A stretch of DNA of 64,000 nucleotides from Octopus sinensis. Lineage: Eukaryota. The notes under the pieces were generated by a model that saw only the letters and a list, made by a program, of their open reading frames with translations, had not been told where the DNA came from and did not search any database. The DNA lies in NCBI RefSeq assembly GCF_006345805.1, contig NC_043003.1, positions 66,650,001-66,714,000 of the forward strand. The letters run 5' to 3'. Both the position numbers and the translations under genes were made by a program. Positions 38,556 to 52,074 of this stretch are shown piece after piece (position 1 is the first letter of the stretch; each line of letters starts with the position of its first letter).

Positions 38556-39330
38556 GTGACCTGAAAATAGAGACAGAAGCACTTATACGCGTGACAGAAG
38601 AACAGCAATTAAAGACGAACTATGTGAAGTGCAGAACTGATAACACAAACGAGAACAACAAAAAGAGAATGTGTGGTAAGAGGGGGGAAACGGTGAGGCA
38701 CACCGTTAGCGAATGCCCGAAATTGGCAAACGCGGTTACAAAAGATGACATGACAATGTGGAAAGAATGATCCTCTGGAAGCTCTGTGGGAATCACGGCC
38801 TGCAAAGCGCAAATGCGTGGTATGATGAAATCCCAAAAGGATTTACCGAGAACGAAACCTACAAAATCCTGTGGGATGCTATAATTCAGTGTGACCATCA
38901 GATCAGACATCGCAAACCTGGCATTGCTGTGGTGAGCAGAAAAGAAGAAAAAAAAGGAACTTGCATGGTAATCGATATAATATGTCCCGGTGACAACAGG
39001 ATCAAAGAGAAGGAAGAAGTACTGATCATCCATGACGATTTGAAATCGGAAATATTAAGGTCGTGTTCTGTGAAGAGAGTAAACGTGACGCCAATGGTAA
39101 TTTGTGAGTTTGGAAGTATCAGCACTCAACTACCAGCATGGCTCAAAAAGACTGATACAAAACGTAAATATGGAACACCTACAGAAACCATCATTGCTTG
39201 GAACTGCAAGAGATACGCGCAAGATACCTGAAGAATGATCAGTAAACAAGTGTCACCTTAGTCTGCTGGCTGTGGACAGCTGGCACTTTCTGTCATACCC
39301 GACAAAATAAGCTGATCGTTTTCATCAAAT
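38556..39330 (+). mobile_element. 5'-truncated R4/Dong-like LINE (zinc knuckle + RLE endonuclease)
   Basis: ETEALI...MCGKRGETVRHTVSECPKLA, then ILWD.IIQCDHQIRHRKP.IAVV...CMVIDIICPGDNRIKEKE (PD..D-type RLE). Starts after (TAA)n and ends in AATAATAAT. Confidence 0.88.
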
Positions 39331-39623
39331 AATAATAATTTTTATTGTAGTAGTAGTAGTAGTAGTAGTAGTAACTGTTGTTGTTGTTGTTTACGATTTA
39401 TGTCTTATTATTTCATTACATTTTAACCAAGCTTCATCTTTCAGTAAGGATATTTCGTTTTTTTTCTACGTTATATTGCCGTTAGCTAATCCAGCGCTCT
39501 ATTCTTATACGTTATGCGGCTTTCTGCATAGAAAGTGAAAGGTTTCGCACTTTTGCACGTATTTGAAACATATCCTTGTGTGTGTGTGCGTGTGTATGTG
39601 TTTGTGTGAGTATGTGCACGTGT

Positions 39624-39655
<32 letters not shown>

Positions 39656-39676
39656 GTATATATATACATATATATA

Positions 39677-39815
<139 letters not shown>

Positions 39816-40051
39816 TGTGTGTGTATGTGTGGTATTCTTTAGCTGCAGGATGGATAGTAGTAGAAACTTAAAATTCATGACGAAGTCTAAATGGTTTTTA
39901 ACAGTCATTTGTCAATCAGTATAAATACTTATTCTCCAACTTCTCTTCCTCCTTCTCCTCCTCTCCCCTTCCTCTTCCTACTACTACTGCTACTACTACT
40001 ACTACTACTACTACTACTAATACTACTACTACTACTACTAATACTACTACT

Positions 40052-40439
40052 GGATGGAAGCACTCCGTCGGTTATGACGACGAGGGTTCCGGTTGATCCG
40101 AATCAACGGAACAGCCTGCTCGTGAAATTAATGTGTAAGTGGCTGAGTACTCCACAGACACGTGTACCCTTAACGTAGATCTCGGGGATATTCAGCGTGA
40201 CACAGAGAGTGAAAAGGCCGGCCCTTTGAAATACAGGTACAACAGAAACAGGAAGTAAGAGTGAGAGAAAGTTGTGGTGAAAGAGCACAGCAGGGATCAC
40301 CACCATCCCCTGCCGGAGACTCGTGGAGCTGTAGGTGTTTTCGCTCAATAAACACTCACAACGCCCGGTCTGGGAATCGAAACCACGATCCTATGACCGC
40401 GAGTCCGCTGCCCCAACCACTGGGCCATTGCGCCTCCAC
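40052..40439 (-). mobile_element. tRNA-derived SINE family D
   Basis: Minus head gtggaggcgcaatggcccagtggttggggcagcggactcgcggtcataggatcgtggtttcgattcccagacc has A and B boxes; flanked by (CTA)n. Confidence 0.8.
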
Positions 40440-40468
40440 TACTACTACTATTACTACCACTACTACTA

Positions 40469-40501
<33 letters not shown>

Positions 40502-40502
40502 G

Positions 40503-40577
<75 letters not shown>

Positions 40578-41199
40578 CTTTTTAATTTTCGCAGAAGCCC
40601 AGCAATATTAACTTGGTAGTTGACTTGGTAGTTGACGGGTAAAAGTTTTATTGACGCCTAAAAGGATGAAAGGCACAGTCGACCTCAACGGAATTTGAAC
40701 TGAGAATCTAGGGAACCGAAAGAAAAGCAATTCGTTCGATGCCCTTCTTGTGTCTCTGCAAGTTAATTTTTCCGAATTACTGTTTAGAAAATGTAACCTT
40801 TTTTGCGTGTGCGTGTACACGTGTGCATGAGTACGTCCCTTGTTTTTGTTTGTTTTTAGAGAATGTGGAAGCTTAAAGTTTATGAACTATGTTTTTATAC
40901 ATATATTTTTCAATTCAGTTTCAAGTATGGCTATACGTAATGATCTTTAGGATTTATGATTTTGGATCTCTCAATATAAGCATATATAGGATATATTAAA
41001 TGTATGCTTACACTTATTAATAAACTAAAAATAAATACACAATAAATAAATATGCAGAAACATTTTTTAAGTAGTTTAATCTAACCACAAACACCACAAA
41101 CTAATATACAGACATACCATAAAAACATCATTCTCTACAATTAATAACTTCGAAAACACAGAGGTCAACTAGAGCCGCCTTAACTTTCAAAACATGAAA

Positions 41200-41420
41200 A
41201 ACAAAACCACTTACATAACAGCAACTGTTGCACCTTCAGAACCTCTCATTCTGCGCTTTGAAATGAAATTGTCCTACATGTGATATTGTCTATAGCGTTA
41301 CTTGTTCACCAACACAAAACCAGCTGGTATATCCTCATATATAGGGTATGCAGCAAACTAGTTCAAGACACGATACAACAAAAGCACACATACTTACAAA
41401 GTAGAGTAATGAATTGTATA
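41200..41420 (+). mobile_element. Decayed Penelope-like GIY-YIG endonuclease remnant
   Basis: With a frameshift: C..CDIVYSVTC (IVY at ~41285) ... SYIGYAAN*FKTRYN (YIG at 41338-41346), the PLE IVY...YIG...FK.RY.NH signature. Confidence 0.6.
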
Positions 41421-41704
41421 AGAAATAAGGTAACTTTGTAACACTGCGGGAAGTTTTTAAAGCCTTTATATTTCGGGTGCACATGAATAGAAATGTGTTT
41501 AAAACTTTCTGTATTGTTAGAAGCTTTTATAATTTCTCATTTCATTCATTAATTCAGAAAATATTGTCAATTGCAAATACCATACCACAGTTGCAACAAA
41601 CCTTAGCAATTTTGTATCAAGGAATCTTACCACGTTCTCACATTTAGGAATCAAGTTTTGAACTGAAACTTGGAACTATTTTCTTCTTGCAGAAATGCAA
41701 ACGG

Positions 41705-42122
<418 letters not shown>

Positions 42123-42213
42123 CAGACACACACACATATATAACACACATATATATATATATATACTTATGTATATTCATGTATATAACACGTGTATAAT
42201 ATATATGATTTAT

Positions 42214-42244
<31 letters not shown>

Positions 42245-42261
42245 TACATACATACATACAT

Positions 42262-42356
<95 letters not shown>

Positions 42357-42791
42357 GATAGATAGATAGTTAGATAAATTAGATAGATAAATGGGTATGT
42401 TTTGTGTGCCTATGTGTGACGATAGATAGATGTAGATATAGATACACATAGATAGTATATCTGTCATATTAAATATATATACAATCTTGTCATTGTATCC
42501 AGGTCAATTTTAAATCATCATCTCGCATTAATATCAGCATTTATTCATTATACATTTTCAATACGAACCCCATTCTCCTGTAGTTACAACAGTTTTTAAC
42601 CACTTAACCATTGCGTGTGCATGAATTTGTGTATACATGCATGTTTCTGTTTTTCTTTCATTTTAGTATGTGTGTCTTTGATGTGTGACTGTGTGTATGT
42701 GTTGTATCCAATATACGTGTTTGCGTGTTTGTCCTTTATTCATACATCTATTGCATATATGTATTCTCCTTTGCGTTTTTTTTTGTATGTA

Positions 42792-43006
42792 CAGTAATCT
42801 CCTCGCAATATCGCGGTTCACCTACCGCGGTTTATTATTTAAGCTTACGTCGATTCCTCTGTGGTGTAGTTTTGCATATATAACAAAATAAATATGTACA
42901 AATAATGAAAATGATTAAAAATAATGTACAGTACAAGTGTTCCTACTTCGCGGATTTTCATTTATCGCGGTGGGACGTAACAGCCGCGATAGTCGAGGGA
43001 CTACTT
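42792..43006. mobile_element. pogo/Tigger-like MITE
   Basis: TA-flanked imperfect TIRs CAGTAATCTCCTCGCAATATCGCGG / CCGCGATAGTCGAGGGACTACTT. Confidence 0.7.
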
Positions 43007-43049
43007 TATATATGTGCACACACGTGTGTGTGTGTGTAAATAAATGTAT

Positions 43050-43101
<52 letters not shown>

Positions 43102-45129
43102 AGGTAAGTTTTATCTCAATAATTACGATGCGCACTCTTATTCTATCTCCTTTCTGTCTATCTATCATTCTCCCTTGTACTTTCTGTTTTTCTCTCCCAC
43201 CCTTTCCCTATTCTTCACCTCTCCTCTTCGTCGTTCCCTCTCTCTCTCTCTCTCACTCTTCTTCCTTGACTCTCTCGTTGATCACACATGACCAACAACC
43301 ATCCATCTTTCTTTCTTTCACTTCCTTCGTAAAGACAAGACGTACTTTTATTTGTATGTTCTCAAGACTCACTTTTTCCAGCATTCAACACTTCACTTCG
43401 TGTTGGCTTAACAGCCCTCACCGTTTGCTTTTACTGTTTTGTTCTCACTCTCCTGTTTTTCTTACCACTTTCACCCTCCGCAAAATATCCCAAATTTTAT
43501 TTCAGTTGCTTTGCGAGAAAGACAGTTTTAATGAAGTCGCGTCGTGTCCTTATCTTCGAAACGAGGAGTAGATAAAACAGGCGAAAACTGATGAAGAGAA
43601 TGCACTTTATGTTGTCTCGCTTCTCTGTTTATTTCGCTGTTCCAAAAAAATTTTGTTTTCTATGTTTTTGTTTTTTGTTTTCGTTTCTCGTTTCGTTTAC
43701 GTTTTTTATGTCCTGTTCCCATATATGCATGTATATATACATATATATGTAGGCATGTACATATATGTATGTATATAAGCATCTTCTTCATTCTATTAAA
43801 TATTCTACAAGGCGTTGCCCCAGCATGGCCGCAGTCCAATGTCTGAAGCAAGTAAAACTTAATCTTTTATACCCCAATATCTGTTAAAATGCCATTTAAG
43901 CATTGGTGTTGATCTACTTAACAATGTGAATCCCAAACCTAAACACTTTTGATTCCCTAGAAACATTGTAAAATATCGTCAATATTTACCGAAATTTCAT
44001 ATGGTCGATGTTTAGAAAAAAAAGTGTCTATATCAAAATTTTCCCATGAGTATATCTGAACCTTGTACTCATACATGTACTCGTCATTTCTTTGGTATTA
44101 ATACAACATCTAAAATGCATCATGTTTACTGCGGTATTTCCTATCATTTACAGCGTTTTCTACAAACAGACTTAAGTGATTCAAGATAGCGTCTACAGAA
44201 GCAAAAGAAGAAAAATAATAATACGAAAGAACTTAACGCCGATTTGGTGCGATTGAAGCGAGCTGGAATATACAGATACATACATACATACATACATACA
44301 TACATACATACATACATACATACATACATACATACATACATACATACATACATGTGTATGTGTGTGTGTGTGTAATGATTTGCAGAAAGATAAGTAGTAA
44401 ACCATTCCTTTATTTGCAGAACACATAAGAAGGGAAGTGAAGTAATTCGGAAATGTAATTCGAAACGAGACCCTGCCAGTTAAAAATTCCGAACACTTCT
44501 AACTATGTTAACCTTTCGTGCACTCAAACAATGTACGTGTTGTTGAGATTTATGTACACATCAAAATAGTTCTTGACACGGGAACGAATCTTGGCGTATT
44601 TCACTTTAGGGAAGCGATGTTATCATTAGTGGAATGTTATCGTTCTCTTTACTGTAAAGACGCATCGTATTAATCAATATATTACCAAGATATTTTTTAG
44701 CCATGTGGTACAAGTATGTCAGTTTTAATCAGATTTTCAGGCATCTCTCTCACCAAATTACGTTAAGTGAGAACTGCTGAGATGCTACCAAAATCTCGAC
44801 TCACGTTTATTATTCTTTTCGCCTGTAAATGTAACAATTGTATAACTTTTATCTTTCCTCTATAAACACTCTCACTGATTAAGATGTTTGATAGCTCTCT
44901 CACTGGCTTCGTCTACTTCATATTTCAGGATAAATTAGAAAGAACAACTATTTGTTTGCTATACGTGACCTAACTTTGGTTAACTGAGAGTCTGGAGAAA
45001 ACTAATTGAAGATAATTGATGATATTGCCAGAGCTTGCCGAAACAAATCCGAAAACTCCATCTTCTGTGACATGACAGATTTAAAAAGGTTTATACGTTG
45101 TTTTTTTTTTTCTAGTTGATATTATATTG

Positions 45130-45520
45130 TAGCAGCGAGCTGGCAGAATCGTTAGCACGTCCGACAAATTCTTAGCGGCATTTCATCTTTCTCTCTACAT
45201 TCTAAGTTCAAATTCCGTCGAGGTCGACCTTTTAAATTCAAAAAAGTAAGTACCGGTTGAGTACCGCTGAATAGCTCTCTCCCGCAAAATTTCAGGTCTT
45301 GTAGTTATAGAAGAAGGAATAATTATCATTCGACTAAGGTTGTGAGCTGACAGAATCAGTGGCATGCCGGACTAAACGCTTAGTGCTATGTCTTTCGGCT
45401 TTTTACATTCTGAGTCCAAATCTCGCTGGGGTCAACTTCGTCCTATATTTTACTTCGAGGTTGAGAACATAAATACCAGTCGAGTTCAGGGATCAATGTA
45501 ATTGATCTGTCCCTTGGACA
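45130..45520 (+). mobile_element. Two decayed SINE family A copies
   Basis: gcgagctggcagaatcgttagcacg...aagttcaaattccgtcgaggtcgac. Confidence 0.7.
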
Positions 45521-45733
45521 TTGATGGACTTGAAACCTGCAACGGACTGGTGTCTCATTCAGAGAGAATGTTGTGCTCGCGGTCACTTATACGCCGTGGA
45601 AAGCGAATACCCAGACTTATAATCTCTAGGGCAAGGAAAAATTAAAAGAAATTGTATCAGGTCTCATATTTTGAAAGGGGGTGTAGAATTGATTAATCTC
45701 TTCCTGTACATAACCGGTATCTATTTTACTGAC

Positions 45734-45827
45734 CGATGAATATTGAAAATGCTGGTGATAGGCTTGCTAGGGCACCGACTGATGATGGCTGGGATGAACG
45801 AGGATTGAACTCACTGTCGATAATATT
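45734..45827 (-). CDS. Candidate 94-nt exon of an unidentified host gene
   Basis: ttattatcctttaacAAG|NIIDSEFNPRSSQPSSVGALASLSPAFSIFI(G)|GTCAGT; only this frame is open. Confidence 0.3.
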
Positions 45828-46677
45828 CTTGTTAAAGGATAATAACTTTGCTACGTTTATGTTTTTGTTTCGCAACTTTCCTGCAATATAACAGATATTG
45901 TTATATTTCGCGATGATAATGTCTATTTTGTTGCTGTTGCTGTTGTTTTTATGCCAAATAAACACAGGGACAGTGGTATTGTTCAGCTTTATTATCATTC
46001 TTAATTTAGGGTCCGTTGTCTGAAAACTTTCTTCGCACATACAGTGTTTTTTTCTTTTCTCAAAAGAGATAACACTAAACAAGACAGAAGAAGGTATGTG
46101 GAATGGAGAGTCGCTGAAAAAGTCACAGGATGTGTGACGAAAGATATCAGACAGACAACACTAAAATACGAATAATAATAATAATAAAACTGAACTAAAA
46201 AACAAGTAAATAGTGCGTGTGTTTATTTGAGAAAAAACACCATAACACCGTCCCTAAATACAACAATAATAATAAATTTTACTCTGTCAAGTGTATTGAA
46301 TAATCCTTCAAATTTATATAAAATTGCTTTTATTATAGCACAAAAGGAGGTATTAACATAATACTTCAACTTCGACTTGAGTGCTTTCGCAAGGTTAAGT
46401 GAACCCCGCTACCTACCATAAAGAATTATATATATATATATATAATACATTAGTCTGATATAATGAATCTATACGCACATATAAAATATCCAAGTGTATA
46501 ATTTTTCCCCTTGAAGATATTGTGCTCAGGTCATATAAATTTAAAATTTACTTAAAATTTACTGAGTATTAATTGAAAGGGATGATGATGAATTTGCTGT
46601 TATTAATAACCAGTTATTAACTTCCCAATCTCCATTTTCTTTTTCTTCTTGTATATATATATATATATATACTCATG

Positions 46678-47016
46678 TCTGAAACCCTCTTCGGTGATTA
46701 CTGATCATGGGTTTGCACCTAGAAAGTTACCCTCCCAGGCACAAGTCCGGGCAAGGTTATTTATGGAAGACCAGCAGTCACCCATGTATACCAGCCTTCC
46801 CTCTCCAATGCCATCAATGTTATCCAAGGGAAAGACAAGGGCCAATACAGCTTGGTACCTGTGACATCGCAACTCATTTCTACAGCTGAGTGAACTGGAG
46901 CAACGTGAAATGAAGTGTCATGCTCAAGAACACAACACGCAGCCCGGTCCGGGATTCGAGCTCACAATCTCACGATCGTAAGCTCGACGCTCTAACCACG
47001 GAGCCATGCGCCTTCA
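46678..47016 (-). mobile_element. tRNA-derived SINE family C
   Basis: Homologous to 27490-27793. Confidence 0.85.
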
Positions 47017-48128
47017 CTCATACGTACATACATATACACTCATTTATATATACATATATATATATACATACATACATACATATACGTAAAAAAATATTTT
47101 CGTAATGAGATAAAAAATCCAAGGGTGTGTAGATTTTAGAACATTTATAAATCTTCTAAAATCTACACAGCCTTGGCTTTTTATCCCATTACGGAAAAAA
47201 ATATGTACACTGATATATGACCTAAGTTGGGCCCCTTATTCGCATAATCACCGAACCTGGAACTTAACTATGGTCTATCCATAGCACTAATTCAGCATTA
47301 ACTGACACCTTTGGGTCTCACTGACACCATTACCTCTCATAACCTACATCTATATATATATACCACAGCTTTCCAAACGTTTTCCATTTACACAATTCGC
47401 TATTGGTCGGCCTGGGAGGGCTATGGCAAAAGACATTTGCCCAAGTGCCACGCTGAGGTCCCGAACCCGAAACAAACTGGCTGCAAAGCGAGCGTGTTCA
47501 CTACACAGTCATGCGATCAAAAAGTCCAAAATTACATAACTAAAGACCGCAAAGAAATTATTCCGCCCCTAAGATAATTAAATATAATATATAAAAGCTT
47601 CAGAAACGGCGTCAAAGACGGACTTCAACGAGCTTAAAAATGTCAGAACCGCGTAATTATTTTGGCGTATCATGTCTCGCATAACAAGCTTCCCAATTAG
47701 AATATAAGATATCTCTTCTAAGATATCTCGTTTTGATTCTTTGAAATACCTATTAATCTGTCACTTGAAAGAACAGATATTCCTCTCAATAGAATGGTTA
47801 CTTCTGGTTTTCCTTGAATTTAACACATTAAAAAAGCTATTGTACATAGACGCTGGTATGGCTGTGCTGTTAAGAAGCTCGGTTTGCAATCATGTAGCTT
47901 AGAATTCCCCCCATTGCATGGTACCAAAATCAAGTATCTTCTGTTATACTCTTGGACTCACCAATAACTTGTGAGTGTACATGACACACGGAAACTGTAC
48001 GGAAGCCTGTCAAGCATATATATATATAATAATAATAAATTAGAGACAAAACCACTATTATGCAAATCAAACAAAGAAGGACTTAAGCCATACATAAAAT
48101 AATTTATAACATTAAAATTTAACAATGA

Positions 48129-48182
48129 AAACCACTACGATCGTTTCGTGTCAGCACATCTTAGACATTCCTCAGGTGGTTT
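48129..48182 (-). ncRNA. Type I hammerhead ribozyme, CUGANGA core intact
   Basis: AAACCAC-CUGAGGA-AUGUC[11 nt]GACAC-GAAAC-GAUC-GUA^GUGGUUU; 7-bp stem I; ACGAUCGU palindromic stem III; A.C mismatch at the base of stem II. Confidence 0.78.
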
Positions 48183-48246
48183 CAAAACCTTCTTAGCGAG
48201 TTTTAAATTATGAACTCATAATTTAAAACTCGCTAAGAAGGTTTTG

Positions 48247-48300
48247 AAACCACCTGAGCAATGTCTAAGATGTGCTGACACGAAACGATCGTAGTGGTTT
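48247..48300 (+). ncRNA. Mirror-copy hammerhead with core substitution (CUGAGCA)
   Basis: Identical to 48129-48182 except that catalytic G8 is C. Confidence 0.7.
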
Positions 48301-48475
48301 TCATTGTTAAATTTTAATATATATAAATTATTTTATGTATTGGCTTAAGTCCTTCTTTGTTTGATTTGCATAATAGTGGTTTTGTCTCTAATTTATTATA
48401 ATATAATATTTTACTATAAAATTGGATTCAATCTTAAATCTGATTTTTCCTTGTAAATTTGGATTTATTTCCTAA

Positions 48476-48538
<63 letters not shown>

Positions 48539-48574
48539 GTAAATGTAATATGAGACAATTATTCGGCAGCCATT

Positions 48575-48633
48575 ATAAAACTCCTAGTTTCGGATGCCGA
48601 GGTGGAAATCCACGCCGCCATCTCTTCAGTTAT
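48575..48633 (-). ncRNA. Probable hammerhead ribozyme within an inverted repeat (48583-48665 / 48761-48841) around (TA)n
   Basis: AUAA-CUGAAGA-GAUG...CAUC-C-GAAAC-UAGGA-GUU^UUAU; extra C before GAAA and only 4 bp of stem I. Confidence 0.5.
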
Positions 48634-48714
48634 CCGGCCATCGGAAAAATGCTATGAAAAATTTATATATATATAATATATATATATATATATACATATA
48701 TATAATATATATAT

Positions 48715-48761
<47 letters not shown>

Positions 48762-49109
48762 ATTTTTCATAGCATTTTTCCGATGGCCGGATAACTGAAG
48801 AGATGGCGGCGTGTATTTCCAACACGGCATCCGAAACTAGGCGCTTCTTCGAACAAAACAAAAAGTTCAACTCCAACCCCCAAATGTTCTACCAAGAACT
48901 TGGCAAAAATAAAATAGAAATCACTGCAGCACCAACGGCAGAAGAAGTGGAAGAATTCTGGAGAGAAATATGGTCGGCGAACGAACAACCAAAAAAAAAA
49001 AGGAGTATTAAAACAACAAACTCAGTATCTGAGCAACTTTGGACCCCTATAACAACTGAAGAGGTCACCCAGGCACTGCAAAGACTAAGCAACTGGAAGG
49101 CACCTGGGC

Positions 49110-50270
49110 ATGACAAGATCCCCAACTTGTACAATGTACAAGGCATTTACTGCAGTGATATTGCAAAGGTTGAACAAGCACCTGGACGAAAACAACCTGT
49201 TCCCAGAAGAGCAGAAAGGATGCCGCAAAGGCTCATATGGCTGTAAAGATCAACTAGTGATTTATAAAGCCATAACTGAAGACAGCCACAGAAAGAAGAA
49301 AGGCCTCAGTATGGCCTGGATCGACTACAAAAAGGCGTTTGATAACATCCCCCACACATGGATCCTCGAAACACTAGCCATTAACAAAGTAGCACCAACA
49401 ATTATAAAATTCATAGGGCACTCTATGAATAAATGGCAAACAGTGCTACAGCTCCAAACAAAAGAGGGACTCATGAAAACCAAAGCCATCCCCATTAGAA
49501 GTGGAATATTCCAGGGAGACACGCTCTCTCCACTCCTTTTCTGCTTGGCACTGTCACCTCTATCTGATATGCTAAATAGAACTGGATGCGGATATAAATG
49601 TTACGGCAAAACGATCAGCCACCTTTTATATATGGATGACCTAAAACTATACGCTGCAAATGACAAACAGCTGGAAACACTATTAAAGACAGTTCATAGG
49701 TTTACCAAAGAAATAGATATGAAATTTGGATTAGAAAAATGCGCCAAAGTAACCATGAAAAGAGGAAAACTAGTTAAGAGTAACAACATCACACTAGATA
49801 AAACCAATGAAATAAAAGAATTAGACCAAAGCCAAACTTACAAATACTTAGGAATCCATGAACTAGATAAGACACAACACACACAAATGAAAGAGAAAAT
49901 AAAAAAAGAATATTATAGACGTGTTAGATCAATACTGAAAACAGAGCTCAATGCTAAAAACAAGATAATAGGTATTAACACTTTAGCTGTCCCAGTTATA
50001 AGTTACAGCTACAATATCCTTAACTGGACACTAAATGAACTGACCAAAATAGATAGGAAAACAAGAAAAATAATGACAGGATCTAGGATGCATCACCCAA
50101 AACCTGACATAGAAAGACAATATTTACAACGTATAGAAGGTGGTAGAGGCCTTATACAGCTGGAAAACTACTATAAAATAACCACCATAGGACTGCAAAA
50201 ATATCTGCTTCAGAAGGAAGGAAAACTGATACAAATAGCGGCAAAACAAAAAACTGTTCTCAGTATTTAA
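49110..50270 (+). pseudogene. Reverse transcriptase core of the R4/Dong-like LINE (386-aa open stretch)
   Basis: EQKGCRKGSYGCKDQL, WIDYKKAFD, QGDTLSP, YMDD, YKYLG and GGRGL motifs in one frame. Confidence 0.93.
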
Positions 50271-50316
50271 GGAAGCTGACAAATACAAACAAGAAATCAT
50301 ACCACCTAATAAATAT

Positions 50317-50438
50317 GAAGAAGAAAAGAAGAAGAAGAAGAAGAAGAAGAAGAAGAAGAAGAAGAAGAAGAAGAAGAAGAAGAAGAAGAAGAAGAAGAAG
50401 AAGAAGAAGAAGAAGAAGAAGAAGAAGAAGAAGAAGAA
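50317..50438 (+). repeat. (GAA)~40 tract inside the LINE ORF
   Basis: 3 GAA + AA + 37 GAA. Confidence 0.95.
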
Positions 50439-51363
50439 ACAACAAAAGCTATAAAACAAATGAAATCCAAACTGAAAGTAGAACAGCAACGAACCATGAT
50501 AAACCGATGGCAAGAAAAGCCCCTTTATGGTAAATACTGGACTAAACTAAACGCAAAAGAAATAGACAAAGAAAAATCCCAGCAATGGTTGAGAAGCTCA
50601 GGACAGAAACAGAGGGATTTTTAATTGCAGCACAAGACCAAAGCCTCCCCACCAGAAATTACCAAAAACATGTAATGAAAAGAAATATTACAAGTAACTG
50701 CAGAATATGTGGAGATGGACAAGAAACAATAAATCATATTATCTCTAGCTGCCCAGTCCTGGCTAGAAGGAATATATTCACAGACATGACAGAGTTGGAA
50801 CCTACATCATTGGAAGCTATGCCAACATTATGGAATAACAACAGAAAAAAGATGGTATAGGCACACACCAGAAAAGGTCACAGAAAACGAGAAAGCAACC
50901 ATACTCTGGGATATGCCGATACACACAGATAGAGAAATTAAGGCCAACAGACCAGATATAGTTGTCAGAGATCATGAAGAAAAAAATGCTTTCTAATTGA
51001 TGTATCAATACCGGCAGATGACAATGTGTCTCTAAATGAAATGGAGAAACTCTCAAAATACAAAGACCTGGAAATAGAGGTTACCAGAATGTGGAATCTA
51101 AAAACAGAAACAATTCCTATCATAGTAGGTGCATTAGGCATGATAAAAAAATATTCAGACAAATACATAACAAAAACACCAGGACTTACAAACTCATAAA
51201 CATACAGAAAATGCACTACTACGCACTGCACACATCCTACGCAGAACACTTTCCATAAATAACCATCAGAGCATCACAACAAATCACAGCAACATACCTA
51301 AGGCACACAGAGCTGCGCTCGGTAGTGAAGTGAAAGCACGCTATAAAAATAAAACTCTGAATA

Positions 51364-51424
<61 letters not shown>

Positions 51425-51461
51425 TAATAATAATAATAATGATGATGATGATAATGAGGAT

Positions 51462-51804
51462 GATGATGTTTCTCTAAAAGAAATGGACAAACTTACAAAA
51501 TACAAAGACCTGGAAATAGAGGTAACTCGAATGTGGAATCTAAAAAACAGAAACAATTCCTATCATAGTGGACGCATTAGGTATGATAACGAAATATTCA
51601 TACAAATACATAACAAAAACACCAGGACTTACAAATATATATAACATACAGAAAATTGCACTGCTGGGCACTGCACACATCCTACGCAAACCACTTTCAA
51701 TTCAGTAACCATAAGAACATCATAGCAAACCAGAGCACATACCCAAGGCACACAGGGCTGCGCTCGGTAGTGAAGTGAAAGCACGTTATAAAAATAAAGC
51801 TACG

Positions 51805-51805
<1 letters not shown>
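51462..51805 (+). mobile_element. Second R4/Dong-like 3' end, same family
   Basis: Near copy of ~51020-51360; begins in the previous (AAT/GAT)n tail and has its own (AAT)n tail. Confidence 0.92.
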
Positions 51806-51854
<49 letters not shown>

Positions 51855-51856
51855 AA

Positions 51857-52074
51857 ATAAAAATATTCAGACAAATACATAACAAAAACACCAGGACTTA
51901 CAAACACATATAACATACAGAAAATTGCACTACTAGGCACTGCACACATCCTACGCAGAACACTTTCCATACAATAACCATCAGAGCATCACAACAAATC
52001 ACAGCACATATCCAAGGCACACAGAGCTGCGCTCGGTAGTGAAGTGAAAGCACGCTATAAAAATAAAACTACTG
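51857..52074 (+). mobile_element. Third R4/Dong-like 3' end, same family
   Basis: Near copy of ~51140-51360; begins in the previous tail. Confidence 0.92.

Larger units (their letters stand above)
48033..48398. repeat. ~366-bp near-perfect palindrome (two ~180-bp arms, 2-nt centre at 48214-48215)
   Basis: Arms pair without gaps across at least 48129-48300 (coordinate sum 96429); small indels further out. Confidence 0.95.
48842..51360 (+). mobile_element. 5'-truncated R4/Dong-like RLE LINE (RT, CCHC knuckle, RLE, 3' UTR, (AAT)n tail), frameshifted
   Basis: WKAPGHDKIPN; AWIDYKKAFD; GIFQGDTLSPLLFC; YMDDLKLY; CRICGDGQETINHIISSC; KANRPDIVV; KYKDLEIEV; TAHILRRTL; tail after 51360. Confidence 0.93.

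Noticed and set aside
45775-45830. CTGATGA at ~45779 (also ~11213) as a hammerhead
   Set aside because: No downstream GAAA with pairing stems.
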